Shown here: positions 1-9,575 of the stretch, one piece after another
Layout: the number at the start of each line of letters is the position of its first letter
How positions within the stretch are numbered: the first letter of the stretch is position 1
Assembly (NCBI GenBank): GCA_023247705.1
Contig: JAHFFY010000003.1
Location: 14,067-78,066, forward strand
Direction of reading: 5' to 3'
DNA length: 64,000 nucleotides
DNA from: Candidatus Omnitrophota bacterium
GTDB taxonomy: Bacteria; Omnitrophota; Gorgyraeia; Zapsychrales; JAHFFX01
The notes under the pieces: model-generated
Databases searched by the model: none
What the model was told of the DNA's origin: nothing
Seen by the model: only the letters and a program-made list of their open reading frames with translations
Position numbers and translations under genes: made by a program

Positions 1-673
1 AAAGATCGATCACATCCTGATCCGCCAGGTTGAATTTATTACGTAAAATAAAATCGAGGTCATAGAAATCGCGCGGGGCGATTGTCTCCCTTAAGGCCGC
101 GGCCCGGAGCTTTTCACTCACGATCTCTTTTAAGGATAAACAATTAACCTTGCCTCCATCAAATAACGGTTCTCCGGTAAAGGGATGCAGAAAACTATGT
201 TGGACTTGGCGTTTCTCTATCGCGTGGATCGGATTATACCTAAGGCCGATTTCGAATTTAATTTTCGCTTCGACCTGACGCAGAGCTGATTGATAAACAA
301 AAGAATATACATACTGTTTGGATTCATTGCGCCCGGGATTGCCTGAATCATCGATCTTGATATCGAATGGCTCCACAAACTTCTTTATATTATCCTTCAC
401 CGACTGGATGCACTTGCGTCTTTCGCCGCGCGTCGCTTCATACTGTGGGAGCTTCATACTAAAATCAAGGTCTTCGCTCAAACGATAATACGCGTAATAA
501 ATTTTATTCAGGCAGGTTCCTCCTTTAAAAATGAGGTCTTGCGAAAGCTCGTGCACCCGGGAAAGGATCAACGTCAAATAGTAATCTTTTTCCAATTGAG
601 ACAATAAAAACTCCTTCTTCTTGGACGCTCTCTCCAGCATCTTTATAAATTCTTCTTTATTTTTGTGAATCAT
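1..673 (-). CDS. abiEii: AbiEii-family nucleotidyltransferase toxin (type IV TA); 3' end runs off the window
   Basis: Not in the ORF track. Manual translation from ATG at 673: MIHKNKEEFIKMLERASKKKEFLLSQLEKDYYLTLIL...LIFKGGTCLNKIYYAYYRLSEDLDFS, with the EKDY, FKGGT and RxSEDLDF motifs. Lies directly downstream of abiEi. Confidence 0.9.
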   Translation of the reverse strand, partial: MIHKNKEEFIKMLERASKKKEFLLSQLEKDYYLTLILSRVHELSQDLIFKGGTCLNKIYYAYYRLSEDLDFSMKLPQYEATRGERRKCIQSVKDNIKKFVEPFDIKIDDSGNPGRNESKQYVYSFVYQSALRQVEAKIKFEIGLRYNPIHAIEKRQVQHSFLHPFTGEPLFDGGKVNCLSLKEIVSEKLRAAALRETIAPRDFYDLDFILRNKFNLADQDVIDL

Positions 674-686
674 GAAGCCTTCTTTT

Positions 687-1496
687 TTAGGGCTGAACGT
701 TAGCCGAAGGATTGACGATGGCTTTCCATTTTTTGTTAAGTGTTCCTTTGCGCGATCCGGTAAATGAACTCAACGCGGTTTTCTCCACACTTTTGATAAG
801 CGGGCTAAGGATGGTGTCGGTGATGCCTAAATCATCAAGAATCAAACCAATGCGTTTTCTGGTCGTAATATTCGGAAAGCGTGCGGCGCATTGAACGAGT
901 TTTTTGATATCACATTTTTTTTCTTCGACAACTTGTTTGAAAATCCGGACGGCACTATTAATACCGCCGACCGGTTTGTTAAAATAGAGAATATCAACGA
1001 GCGTCCTCTCTTTAGAGCTGACGAGGACATCCGTATTCTTTACTTTAATAATTTCCCGGCCATAGATGCGGTTTTCCGGAATTCTCAGGAACTTATAAGA
1101 GATGCCGCAAATTACTCTTTCCATACGTAAGGTTGTATTAAGAACATATACGGTCTGAAAAAGTTGTTCCGAAAAACCGTAGTAATTAAACATGGTTGAA
1201 TAACCAACATAATAATCCTTTCTTGGGAAAAAAAGCGGAGGAATAAGCAACTCGTCAATCCCTGTCCCTTCCGGGCCGGCTTCAAGCGGTGAAAAGGCAT
1301 AGACGCCGCGCTTTATGGGAGTTAGTATTTTTTTCCTTTTGAGTCTGAAAACAACCTGTTTTCTATTCTCCGGGGCGAGTTTAAATAATTGATCGAGATC
1401 CTCTACAGTGACGATCAATTTTTTCTCGTAAGTTAAGCGGGAGACAATATTGGTCTCAATCGGGCCTAAAGTCTTTGATGTATTATAATGTAGCAT
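687..1496 (-). CDS. abiEi: AbiEi-family antitoxin / transcriptional regulator (type IV TA)
   Basis: N-terminal wHTH-like region with IKRGVY, then YYVGYSTMFNYYGFSEQ and SSKERTLVD motifs; upstream of the AbiEii gene. Confidence 0.85.
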   Translation of the reverse strand: MLHYNTSKTLGPIETNIVSRLTYEKKLIVTVEDLDQLFKLAPENRKQVVFRLKRKKILTPIKRGVYAFSPLEAGPEGTGIDELLIPPLFFPRKDYYVGYSTMFNYYGFSEQLFQTVYVLNTTLRMERVICGISYKFLRIPENRIYGREIIKVKNTDVLVSSKERTLVDILYFNKPVGGINSAVRIFKQVVEEKKCDIKKLVQCAARFPNITTRKRIGLILDDLGITDTILSPLIKSVEKTALSSFTGSRKGTLNKKWKAIVNPSANVQP

Positions 1497-1667
1497 AGGT
1501 TATCTATTGAATAACTTTCATACACTTTATTTACATACACAACTTTACCATATCATTTCCCATTGTCAACATAAAACTGGATACAATGAATCGCAGATTA
1601 CTATGGGATTTAAACAATACGCCGAGATAATTCTTAATACGATTTTTGAGGATTTTCTAGATGGATT

Positions 1668-2357
1668 TCATGAGATGATTTTGCTATCTGCATCGAATAA
1701 TTTGATTCCGTGATGCCTTTTGATGAATCGCGATAAATGAAGAATCGGAACTTCATTGCGCCTGCTTAATTCGACCGCTTTCCTATATGCGCTTAAGGCC
1801 TCTTTCAAAAAATGTTGATGATCCAAACTCACGCCTAAATTCATCCAAGCCTGCCATTGATTCGGATCTAACTCAATAACCCTGCGGCAACAAAGCTCGG
1901 CCTGTTTGAAATCCTGTTTATAAAGTAGGCATAGGCTGGCACCATGCCAAAGATCAAAATAAATCTTTCGCGGAATGATGTGGCTGGCAAGGCCGCGGCA
2001 ATAATAGATCAGCGAATCATCGAATTCGTACAAATATTCGCTGGCCCGGCCTTTATAGAGCAATAAATTAGCCCGATGATCCGTCATACTTTGATCATCC
2101 AGAAACTTATCCACCACAAAGAATGCGCCCAAATAATTCCGCTCGGCAAAATAAACCGCCATTATCTTTGATAATCCAGCCAGCTTCCCTTCCACAGTTA
2201 TGGCCTTAGCAAGCGCATTCTCGGCCTCTTCCCTCGCTTCTTCGGGCACTTCCCAAGCCGAAGCTTGGTGAAGCTTCTCTATATACAACTCCTCGGCCAT
2301 GTTGATCGCGGTTTTGTTCATCACCTCAATACAGCCATAACTCTCGGCACATAGCAA
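1668..2357 (-). CDS. Tetratricopeptide repeat protein (true start probably the downstream ATG, MNKTAIN)
   Basis: TPR-like repeats AELCCRRVIELDP-NQWQAWMNLGVSL...EALSAYRKAVEL. Confidence 0.7.
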   Translation of the reverse strand: MLCAESYGCIEVMNKTAINMAEELYIEKLHQASAWEVPEEAREEAENALAKAITVEGKLAGLSKIMAVYFAERNYLGAFFVVDKFLDDQSMTDHRANLLLYKGRASEYLYEFDDSLIYYCRGLASHIIPRKIYFDLWHGASLCLLYKQDFKQAELCCRRVIELDPNQWQAWMNLGVSLDHQHFLKEALSAYRKAVELSRRNEVPILHLSRFIKRHHGIKLFDADSKIIS

Positions 2358-2428
2358 GGCGATCTCCGACGGAGAAATCCTCTCTTATTGCCTTGCTATC
2401 GGTCAGCAGTTATGGCTATATATGACTG

Positions 2429-2920
2429 ATGAAAGGAGACGCGGATCGAATGGACAATGCCAAGTTTAGCGAGGTGGAGAAACTGAAGGACAAAAGTCTG
2501 GAGGAACTTCAGGCAGAATTTGAGCGGATTTTCGGCAAAAAAACGGATTCCACCAATGACACTTTCCTCCGGCGCAAGATTGCTTACCGGATTCAGGAAA
2601 TGGAATTGGGCGGGCTTTCCAAGAAGGCCAAGACGCGCCTTGAGGAACTCATAGAGAAATACGATCCGGTTAACAACAAGGCCTTACGGCCAAAGATTAC
2701 AACCGGCGACAAGGAGTTAAAAACTTTACCTTCTATGCGGGACAAACGCCTCCCGATCCCCGGGACGATTATTCGAAAGAATTATAAGGGAAAAGAAATC
2801 GAGGTTCGTGTCTTGGAAAAGGGATTCGAATATGACGGCAAACGCTATCGAAGCTTAACTGGCATTGCCCTTGAGATAACCGGCGCCCATTGGAACGGCT
2901 TTTCCTTTTTTAATGTATGA
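2429..2920 (+). CDS. DUF2924 domain protein
   Basis: LRRKIAYRIQE..GGLS, PGT.I.K.YKG, GFEYDGKRYRSLTGIA.EITGAHWNGF.FF motifs; stop overlaps the recombinase start (ATGA). Confidence 0.88.
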   Translation: MKGDADRMDNAKFSEVEKLKDKSLEELQAEFERIFGKKTDSTNDTFLRRKIAYRIQEMELGGLSKKAKTRLEELIEKYDPVNNKALRPKITTGDKELKTLPSMRDKRLPIPGTIIRKNYKGKEIEVRVLEKGFEYDGKRYRSLTGIALEITGAHWNGFSFFNV

Positions 2921-4527
2921 ACGATAAAAATCAGACCAAAGAGCCAGCTAAAACAATTCGATGCGCGATTTACACACGCGTCTCCACGACCGATAATCTC
3001 GAACAGGATTTTACTTCCCTCGATGTCCAGAGGGAATCCGCCGAAAGCTTCATTGCCAGCCAGAAACAGGAGGGCTGGATTGCCTCATCTCAACGCTACG
3101 ACGATGCCGGATTCACCGGAGCCAACACCGAGCGGCCCGCGCTTAAACAACTGATCGAGCATATCAAAGCTAAAGAAGTCGATTGCGTGGTCGTTTACAA
3201 AGTTGACCGACTCTCTCGTTCTCTTTTAGATTTCTCTCAACTTTTGGAATTCTTTGATAAGAACAATGTTGCCTTCGTGTCGGTCACGCAAAATTTCAAC
3301 ACCAAGACGTCCATGGGCCGACTTACTCTGAATATTCTTCTCTCCTTCGCCCAGTTCGAGCGGGAAATGATCAGTGAACGAACCCGCGACAAAATGGCCG
3401 CCGCTAAAAAGAAAGGCAAATTTATCGGCGGCCGCCCTGCCCTCGGATACAACATCGATCCGATCAATCACAAATTGATAACCAATCCCGCTGAAGTCAA
3501 ACTCGTCAAAGAAGTATTCGACCTTTACCTTGAAAAGAAGTCCCTCATCGAAGTTACAAAGATTCTCAATGCCAAGGCCTACAAGACCAAAGAATACACA
3601 TCGAGGAAGGGATTAAAATTCGGGGCGCAAGATTTCCAGAACACGTCGGTTCAACGGATACTAAGGAATATCCTCTATACGGGAAGAGTGCAGTATCAAA
3701 ACGAATTCTACGACGGACAGCAGGAAGCTTTTATCCCCATTGAAACGTTCCAGAAGGTTCAGAAAATCCTCGATGAGAATTACCGTACTCCGCAACGACT
3801 GGAACGCAAAAAAGGCCGAGGCATTTTAAGCCAAATCCTGCGATGTAAAAGCTGCGATAGCGCGATGGTTTACACCTATGTTTACAAAAGAGAAAAACGC
3901 CACAAATATATGTTTTACATCTGTTCGAAAGCCGCTAAACGCGGCTATGGCACCTGCCCGACGCCGACCATCCCCGCGCATCTTGCCGAAGACCGGATCA
4001 TGGATTGTTTAAAACAGATTCCGACAGTCAGGGATTTCATCGGAGGAGATTGGAATCAGATTTCCATTGACCAAAGACGAGAAAAACTTGGAAAGGTGAT
4101 TAGAGAAATCAATTATGACAACTCGGCCAAGATTCTAACCATTACCACAATTGATGAAAACAAGTCTTATACATTTGAAGCCGATTTCAAGAAGGCAAAG
4201 CCGGAGAAACCCGAGGTGATCATCAAGAAGGAGCCGCAGTTACGTCAAAACCTTGCTCTTGCCCATCAAATCCAAAACCTCATGGACAATGACCCAGCCA
4301 TGAGCGTCAAACAAATCGCCGGATGGCTCAATCTGACTCCGGCGCGTGTCAATCAATTCATGAACATGCTTCTTCTGGCTCCAGCCATCCAAGAACAGAT
4401 CCTCTTTGAGGACGACGAAAAAATAGTCTCAATCCCCGAATACAAAATCAACGAAATTAGCCGTGAGATGATTTGGGACAAGCAGATCGAAGTCTGGCAA
4501 AGAATCCTTCATCCTTCCACTCTCTAA
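2917..4527 (+). CDS. Large serine recombinase (resolvase, recombinase and Zn-ribbon domains, C-terminal HTH-like extension)
   Basis: AIYTRVST catalytic motif, DRLSRS, AQFEREMISER, C-x2-C (CKSC)...YICS...CP. Confidence 0.95.
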   Translation: MNDKNQTKEPAKTIRCAIYTRVSTTDNLEQDFTSLDVQRESAESFIASQKQEGWIASSQRYDDAGFTGANTERPALKQLIEHIKAKEVDCVVVYKVDRLSRSLLDFSQLLEFFDKNNVAFVSVTQNFNTKTSMGRLTLNILLSFAQFEREMISERTRDKMAAAKKKGKFIGGRPALGYNIDPINHKLITNPAEVKLVKEVFDLYLEKKSLIEVTKILNAKAYKTKEYTSRKGLKFGAQDFQNTSVQRILRNILYTGRVQYQNEFYDGQQEAFIPIETFQKVQKILDENYRTPQRLERKKGRGILSQILRCKSCDSAMVYTYVYKREKRHKYMFYICSKAAKRGYGTCPTPTIPAHLAEDRIMDCLKQIPTVRDFIGGDWNQISIDQRREKLGKVIREINYDNSAKILTITTIDENKSYTFEADFKKAKPEKPEVIIKKEPQLRQNLALAHQIQNLMDNDPAMSVKQIAGWLNLTPARVNQFMNMLLLAPAIQEQILFEDDEKIVSIPEYKINEISREMIWDKQIEVWQRILHPSTL

Positions 4528-4775
4528 TTTTCACCCTGCTGTGGCGGGATTTGAAAAATTCTCCATTCAAATAATTGTTCTCTCTCTTTGATGCTCTCAT
4601 TTTAGCTCGCTATTTTATCTCAATATTACAATTTCTATTTTAGGCCTAATTGGACTTTTTGCTTGCTCGTCGGGATATTCGATATTTCTATAAATATCCA
4701 TAAAATACGAGGCATAAAATAAAGCAACCTTTGGAGAGGAATACGCAAATTTCCGACGATATTTTCAAATTTTCT

Positions 4776-4928
4776 GTCTCGAGAGACTCTCAATTCAATC
4801 AATCGAAATTATTTCTCCGATGGAGAAATGATAATGCCCTAACTCTTTGACACGTCAAAGCTAAAAACCCCGATGATCATCGATCATCAGGGTTTTGTCG
4901 TAACTTATTGTGCCAGAACATGTTACGA
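4776..4928. repeat. Series of five inverted repeats between the recombinase and tRNA-His
   Basis: gtctc-GA-gagac (4776-4787); atttctcc-gat-ggagaaat (4811-4829); ctttgac-AC-gtcaaag (4845-4860); aaaaccc.gatgatc-atc-gatcatc.gggtttt (4864-4896); tcgtaac...gttacga (4898-4928). Confidence 0.75.
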
Positions 4929-4933
4929 ATAGA

Positions 4934-5011
4934 TGGGGTGGGTGACCGGATTCGAACCGGCGACCACAAGAGCCACATTCTTGTACTCTAACCAACTGAG
5001 CTACACCCACC
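4934..5011 (-). tRNA. tRNA-His (GUG), with G-1 and encoded CCA
   Basis: Reverse complement GGTGGGTGTAGCTCAGTTGGTTAGAGTACAAGAAT-GTG-GCTCTTGTGGTCGCCGGTTCGAATCCGGTCACCCACCCCA folds as a cloverleaf. Confidence 0.97.
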
Positions 5012-5080
5012 ATAAATTTACGATATGTTTGGAAAAAATCGGTTGGCAATCAGATGACCCGGGGCTAAAATCAGCTCCTC

Positions 5081-5109
5081 AATATATAAACATCCGTCCG
5101 ATTTTGCAA
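5081..5109 (-). promoter_or_regulatory. Putative sigma70 promoter for tRNA-His
   Basis: TTGCAA-N17-TATATT on the minus strand. Confidence 0.55.
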
Positions 5110-5116
5110 GCTAATT

Positions 5117-6220
5117 TTATTGTGCAGGAACCGGCTTGTCTTCTTGTTCTTTCAGGGAAGGCTCTATCTTTTCTTTATAAAATTTCTTTCCGAACTCTTC
5201 AAACTGATGGCCCAAATTTTTATAATCCGTCGAACCCGAGGACTCCCCCGACGGCTGTTCTCCGATCTGCCCGGAAAATGAAATCGCCCCGACCTGAAAA
5301 TCATCCATCTTGGTTTTGAAATTAAACGCCGAGGTGATCTCCAGGCCCGAGGATTGCAAGGCCGCGAAAAAGACGTCCTTGAAAGAAGCGGGATTGGTTT
5401 CGGTCTCGGGCTTATCGGTCAAATTCTTGATCTGGACTTTTCCCTGGACCGTCATATCGTTGTTAAGCGAATACAAATTCGCCGCGCAGCTCACTTTTCC
5501 GTCCGGTTCAATCACATTAATATTCACGTTCATGTCTTTTTTATAAACATTGATAAAGCCCTGGGCCTGCACCTTGCTTCCGGAAAACGGCAGCTGGCCG
5601 TTGGTGATGGCGGCGGTCAGATCGAATTTGGTTTCCATCGGCTCGACGGTCGGGATCAGGACATTCTGGGATTTTAAATCGACATCCTTGAGATCGACAC
5701 GAAAATCCGATTGGTTCGCGCGGTCGGCAAACTGGATCTCGCCTTTCTTGACGAGGAGATAATCGATGACCACGCTGAACATCTTTCGCGGCGGCGGGGT
5801 TTTCGCTTCGCTCGTCCGAGGAATAAATGGATTATCTGCGGACGGCGTCTGTGACGCCTGGCCGGCCGGCGCGGCATCGCCCAGCACAAATTTAGACTGT
5901 TCATTGCGGGTCACCAGCACAACCGGTTCCGAAAGGCTCATGAACAAAAGATGAAACCGCTTGTGTAAAAGATCCGGGATCCCGATCTGCAGCTGAACGT
6001 CTTGGGCCTGCATCATGTTTTCGATCTTGAAATCCATAATCCTCAGACCGAACGGGAACAGGAAATGAATGTCTTCCATCATGACCGGCCGCTGAAAAAT
6101 TTCGCTGAGTTTATCAAAGACAAGTTGCCGTCCGTTTAATCGGATATAAATCGAACAGGTGATCACGATCACCAGCAGGAGAATGAGCAAACCTAATAAA
6201 ATTCTGGCCAGGGTTTTCAT
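5117..6220 (-). CDS. AsmA/DUF748-like protein (short)
   Basis: N-terminal TM anchor followed by beta-strand-rich AsmA-N-like sequence (LSEPVVLVTR...IDYLLVKKGEIQFADR). Confidence 0.7.
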   Translation of the reverse strand: MKTLARILLGLLILLLVIVITCSIYIRLNGRQLVFDKLSEIFQRPVMMEDIHFLFPFGLRIMDFKIENMMQAQDVQLQIGIPDLLHKRFHLLFMSLSEPVVLVTRNEQSKFVLGDAAPAGQASQTPSADNPFIPRTSEAKTPPPRKMFSVVIDYLLVKKGEIQFADRANQSDFRVDLKDVDLKSQNVLIPTVEPMETKFDLTAAITNGQLPFSGSKVQAQGFINVYKKDMNVNINVIEPDGKVSCAANLYSLNNDMTVQGKVQIKNLTDKPETETNPASFKDVFFAALQSSGLEITSAFNFKTKMDDFQVGAISFSGQIGEQPSGESSGSTDYKNLGHQFEEFGKKFYKEKIEPSLKEQEDKPVPAQ

Positions 6221-6301
6221 ATTTTAAAATTTTCGCTTAAAGAAAATAACGCCGGACGTTGCGAGCTCCATTCCAAACGGATGACAATCATTAAAATAAA
6301 A

Positions 6302-6375
6302 CGTCCCTGGCCCGAGTCGAACGGGCGGCCCACAGCTTAGAAGGCTGTTGCTCTATCCAACTGAGCTACAGGGAC
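6302..6375 (-). tRNA. tRNA-Arg (UCU), CCA not encoded
   Basis: Reverse complement GTCCCTGTAGCTCAGTTGGATAGAGCAACAGCCT-TCT-AAGCTGTGGGCCGCCCGTTCGACTCGGGCCAGGGACG. Confidence 0.96.
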
Positions 6376-6550
6376 AAATCGCGTCGATGATTATTCAATA
6401 CAAAAAATTTCAGGATATTGAATCCGTGCCTTAAAAACAGGATTATTTTATATCAGATTTTATATCAACTGTCTATACGTTTAAGGAAAACTCCATATCC
6501 CCGGGATTAATCATGCCCGACCGGCAAAAGAGATCAAAACATGAAAACAC

Positions 6551-9010
6551 TTGTCAATAACAGGGCGTTCTATAAAATGGAATCATATGAACTCATCCAA
6601 TGCACTACACCCTGCCGCTTCTTTTCAACCCCCGTTTTCCTTGTTCCGTTCCATTCCCAAAAATATCCTGATCGCGCTGGCAATCAGCGTGTTTTTGGGA
6701 ATTTTTCTATGGATCTACTCCGACCTGCCGCCTTACGGCCGGCCCGAGCAGGAATCGAACGTCTACTGGACCTGCATGATCGACATCGCCCACAAATGGC
6801 GCACCTTTCAATGGTTTACCTTTTGGGACCGGGAACTGGGCGGCGGGATGAGCCTTTATACCTCGAGCCAGTATCCGCTGTTTAATCCGACCAACGCCCT
6901 AGCATGGGTCCTGCCCGATGATCAATTTTATTTATTCAAGGTCATCGAACCGTTTGTCGTGGGATGTTTTTTTACAATCCTTTTTCTTCTAGAGGCCTTC
7001 GCGGTTCCCTGGCCGTTCGCGTTTTTTAGCGCGTTTTATTTTCTGGGATTGGGTTTAAGCCGTCAGACCATGCTCCCGGAGTCGTCGCTTTTTTTGTGGG
7101 GCTGTTTTCTTTTTCCGGCGATGGTTTACGCGTACTGGAAACTCCATACCAAAAACCTATACCTGGCCTTCGCGGTCGTTGGGAGTCTGATCGCGCTGCA
7201 ATTTTCCGGGGCCGGGGTGACCCAGGTCCCGCAGCTGGCCGCATGGTGGCTTTTGTTCATCGCGGTGCGAACGCTGTTTACCGTCAAGACCGATGGAACT
7301 TGGAATGGTTTTAAAAAATGGGGATTGAGCTCAGGTGTCCTGCTGTTGCTTGTGATCGGATTATTCGGCATTCAATTCATCCCGACGAAAGAATTCGTCA
7401 TGCACGAATCAGCCCGCATCCCGGGGCGATATCCGGTGAACAATTTTTGCCTTGAACACATCCTCGATCTGTTCGTCCGATTTATCACGCATCCGCAGGG
7501 GATCAGTTTACGCGGGGTCTTGGCCCTGGTCCTGTTGAGCCTGGCGGTCTTGATCAAAGACCATCGCAAATCCTTTCAACATCCGACAAGTAAAACATTT
7601 TTGCCGCAATTATGGATCACCACGATCGTTTATTTCCTGATCCCTTCTATGGCCGACATGTGTGACCGGCTGATGCCGTTTCTGCACGGGCTTTTTAAAC
7701 CCATCAGCATGTTTACCTTCCGTTACGGGATCCACATCCTGGATTTTTGTATCGCGATCAGTCTCGGCATCATTCTTCATAACGTGGATTTAAAAAACAA
7801 TTTTCAGCGGCTCTCTCTTCTTCGCCAGCTGTCCATCTTCATTCTTGTTGCGCTGGCGGTCTTGGCCGTGACGCTTCCGGCTGCGATGATTATCCCCGCG
7901 GTCAAAAACGCCCTGATCGCGTGGATCCCTGTCTCGCGTCACTTTGTGCCGGCGGGAGCGGGGAGCACGATCGTGATGTGCGTTATTTCCCTGATCGCGT
8001 TGTTTTATCTGATCCAACGACCCTCTTCAACACTCCTATGGAAACTCTTCGGGATCAGCCTGACGTTCCTGGGATTCATGACCATGATGACCTGTTATCA
8101 CTGGAACAACAAAGGGCTCCGGACGAATCTCGACGCGTATCATCTTTCCAGTCCCGAATACATCTATTATCAACAGGCCCATGGTAAATATTATCTGCCG
8201 TATGCCACGACCCCCGAGATGAACGACTGCTTCAATCTTCTTTATAGCGTTCACGGGACCGCGGGATTTTTCGCCTGCCCGCCGTATCGGTTTAATAAAT
8301 TTATGGCCACCTATCACAACGACAAGCTCGCGCACTTCCTTGCCGGTAACGTCATGCAGTATTATATCCTGCGGCCATCGAGTAACCTGACGACGTATTT
8401 TCCGGTCGAATTTACCACCATCAAGAAAGGAGAAACCCTGCCCTGGAAAGGCTTCGCCAAAAAAATTACGGGCGAACGGTTTGATATCTGGGAACGTCTC
8501 GTTGCCGTGCCTAAAATGTATTTCGCCAGGCAACTGCATGTCGTTCCTTACGCACAGATCATTAAAAATTTCGACCGTCCGTTCAACCGGACGATTTTAA
8601 TCGATGCCGATGATGCCGCCCGATTCGGGCTCGCCGATGTCCGGCTTTCGGACATGCCCAATGCTTCGCCGGGTTACGCGAACTTCCGTCGCCCGCGCGG
8701 GGACCGGGTGACGTTTGACGTCAAAACTTCCGGCGATCAGTTTGTTTTCTTTCCGGAGATGTATCAAAAAGGCTGGCGGATTTTACTGGATGGACAACCC
8801 GTCGAATATTTTCCGGCGGATTATCTTTTCATCGGGTTCAAGGTCCCGGCCGGCGAACATCACGTCACGATGCGGTTTGTTCCGCCGGGATTTTGGGCGG
8901 GATTGATCGTCAATGTGATTAGTGTGGCTGTATTGATTTTTTTGATCCGGACCGTCTGCAACAAAAAAGACAGCGACAAATCCGGACATCCCTGCCGCTC
9001 CTTCCTTTAA
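6551..9010 (+). CDS. YfhO-family polytopic membrane protein (GT-C-like); start probably ATG 6587
   Basis: Many TM segments, FWDRELGGGM near the N-terminus, C-terminal YQKGW.ILLDG...ADYLFIGFKVPAGEHHV.MRF.P motif. Confidence 0.8.
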   Translation: MSITGRSIKWNHMNSSNALHPAASFQPPFSLFRSIPKNILIALAISVFLGIFLWIYSDLPPYGRPEQESNVYWTCMIDIAHKWRTFQWFTFWDRELGGGMSLYTSSQYPLFNPTNALAWVLPDDQFYLFKVIEPFVVGCFFTILFLLEAFAVPWPFAFFSAFYFLGLGLSRQTMLPESSLFLWGCFLFPAMVYAYWKLHTKNLYLAFAVVGSLIALQFSGAGVTQVPQLAAWWLLFIAVRTLFTVKTDGTWNGFKKWGLSSGVLLLLVIGLFGIQFIPTKEFVMHESARIPGRYPVNNFCLEHILDLFVRFITHPQGISLRGVLALVLLSLAVLIKDHRKSFQHPTSKTFLPQLWITTIVYFLIPSMADMCDRLMPFLHGLFKPISMFTFRYGIHILDFCIAISLGIILHNVDLKNNFQRLSLLRQLSIFILVALAVLAVTLPAAMIIPAVKNALIAWIPVSRHFVPAGAGSTIVMCVISLIALFYLIQRPSSTLLWKLFGISLTFLGFMTMMTCYHWNNKGLRTNLDAYHLSSPEYIYYQQAHGKYYLPYATTPEMNDCFNLLYSVHGTAGFFACPPYRFNKFMATYHNDKLAHFLAGNVMQYYILRPSSNLTTYFPVEFTTIKKGETLPWKGFAKKITGERFDIWERLVAVPKMYFARQLHVVPYAQIIKNFDRPFNRTILIDADDAARFGLADVRLSDMPNASPGYANFRRPRGDRVTFDVKTSGDQFVFFPEMYQKGWRILLDGQPVEYFPADYLFIGFKVPAGEHHVTMRFVPPGFWAGLIVNVISVAVLIFLIRTVCNKKDSDKSGHPCRSFL

Positions 9011-9012
9011 TC

Positions 9013-9571
9013 TTACAGTTCAAAACCAATCAGCCGCGGCGCATAAGCACGGGCGAAGATCCCCCACGAGCGCATGATGATCATAGAAAAATAAATAAAA
9101 AGCAGGTACGCAAAGAGAAATCCCAGGGTCAGATCTTTCGTCAGTACCATTTGTGCCAAATTTACGATGACCAAAGAAATAACACTCCAAAGCAAAAACG
9201 TTGCGCTATACGGCCAAAATGTTTTCCGGGCTGATCCATCCCGGATAGATCATCTCGATATAAAGAAATGCCGTACCTAAACACAAAATCTGCGCGATCA
9301 AAAATTTACAAAACGTCCCCACCCATTCTTCAAAATAAAACATCTTAGGCCAGTCGGGCAGGGCCTCGTTGTCCGAGATCACCGCGCATTCGAGGATTTT
9401 GAGCAGGCACACAATAACCACCAGCAATCGCTCTTTAATACACTCCGGACAAAAATCGCGCAGACACTTTGAGCACGTATACAAAGACTCTTTCTCATCA
9501 GGAAAATGGCAGGGCGGATTGATCAGGTGATCTTTAAACGACCTTTCTTTATAATAATTTTTTCCCGATGA
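9013..9571 (-). pseudogene. Degraded membrane protein with B-box-like Zn finger; frameshifted and lacking a clear start
   Basis: The open frame begins right after a TAG formed by the MITE target site and reads ...PCHFPDEKESLYTCSKCLRDFCPECI...LPDWP. Removing one base near 9227 joins ORFs 9206-9484 and 9013-9195 (ISP/KTFWPYSATFLLWSV). Confidence 0.5.
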
Positions 9572-9575
9572 CTAA

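Larger units (their letters stand above)
1..4933. mobile_element. Right end of an integrated element (genomic island or prophage remnant) at the 3' end of tRNA-His
   Basis: DUF2924 + large serine recombinase module with TA cargo, immediately 3' of tRNA-His. The left boundary is outside the window. Confidence 0.7.

Noticed and set aside
4861-5319. ORFs 4861-5049 and 4933-5319
   Set aside because: They overlap tRNA-His and are translations of the tRNA sequence.
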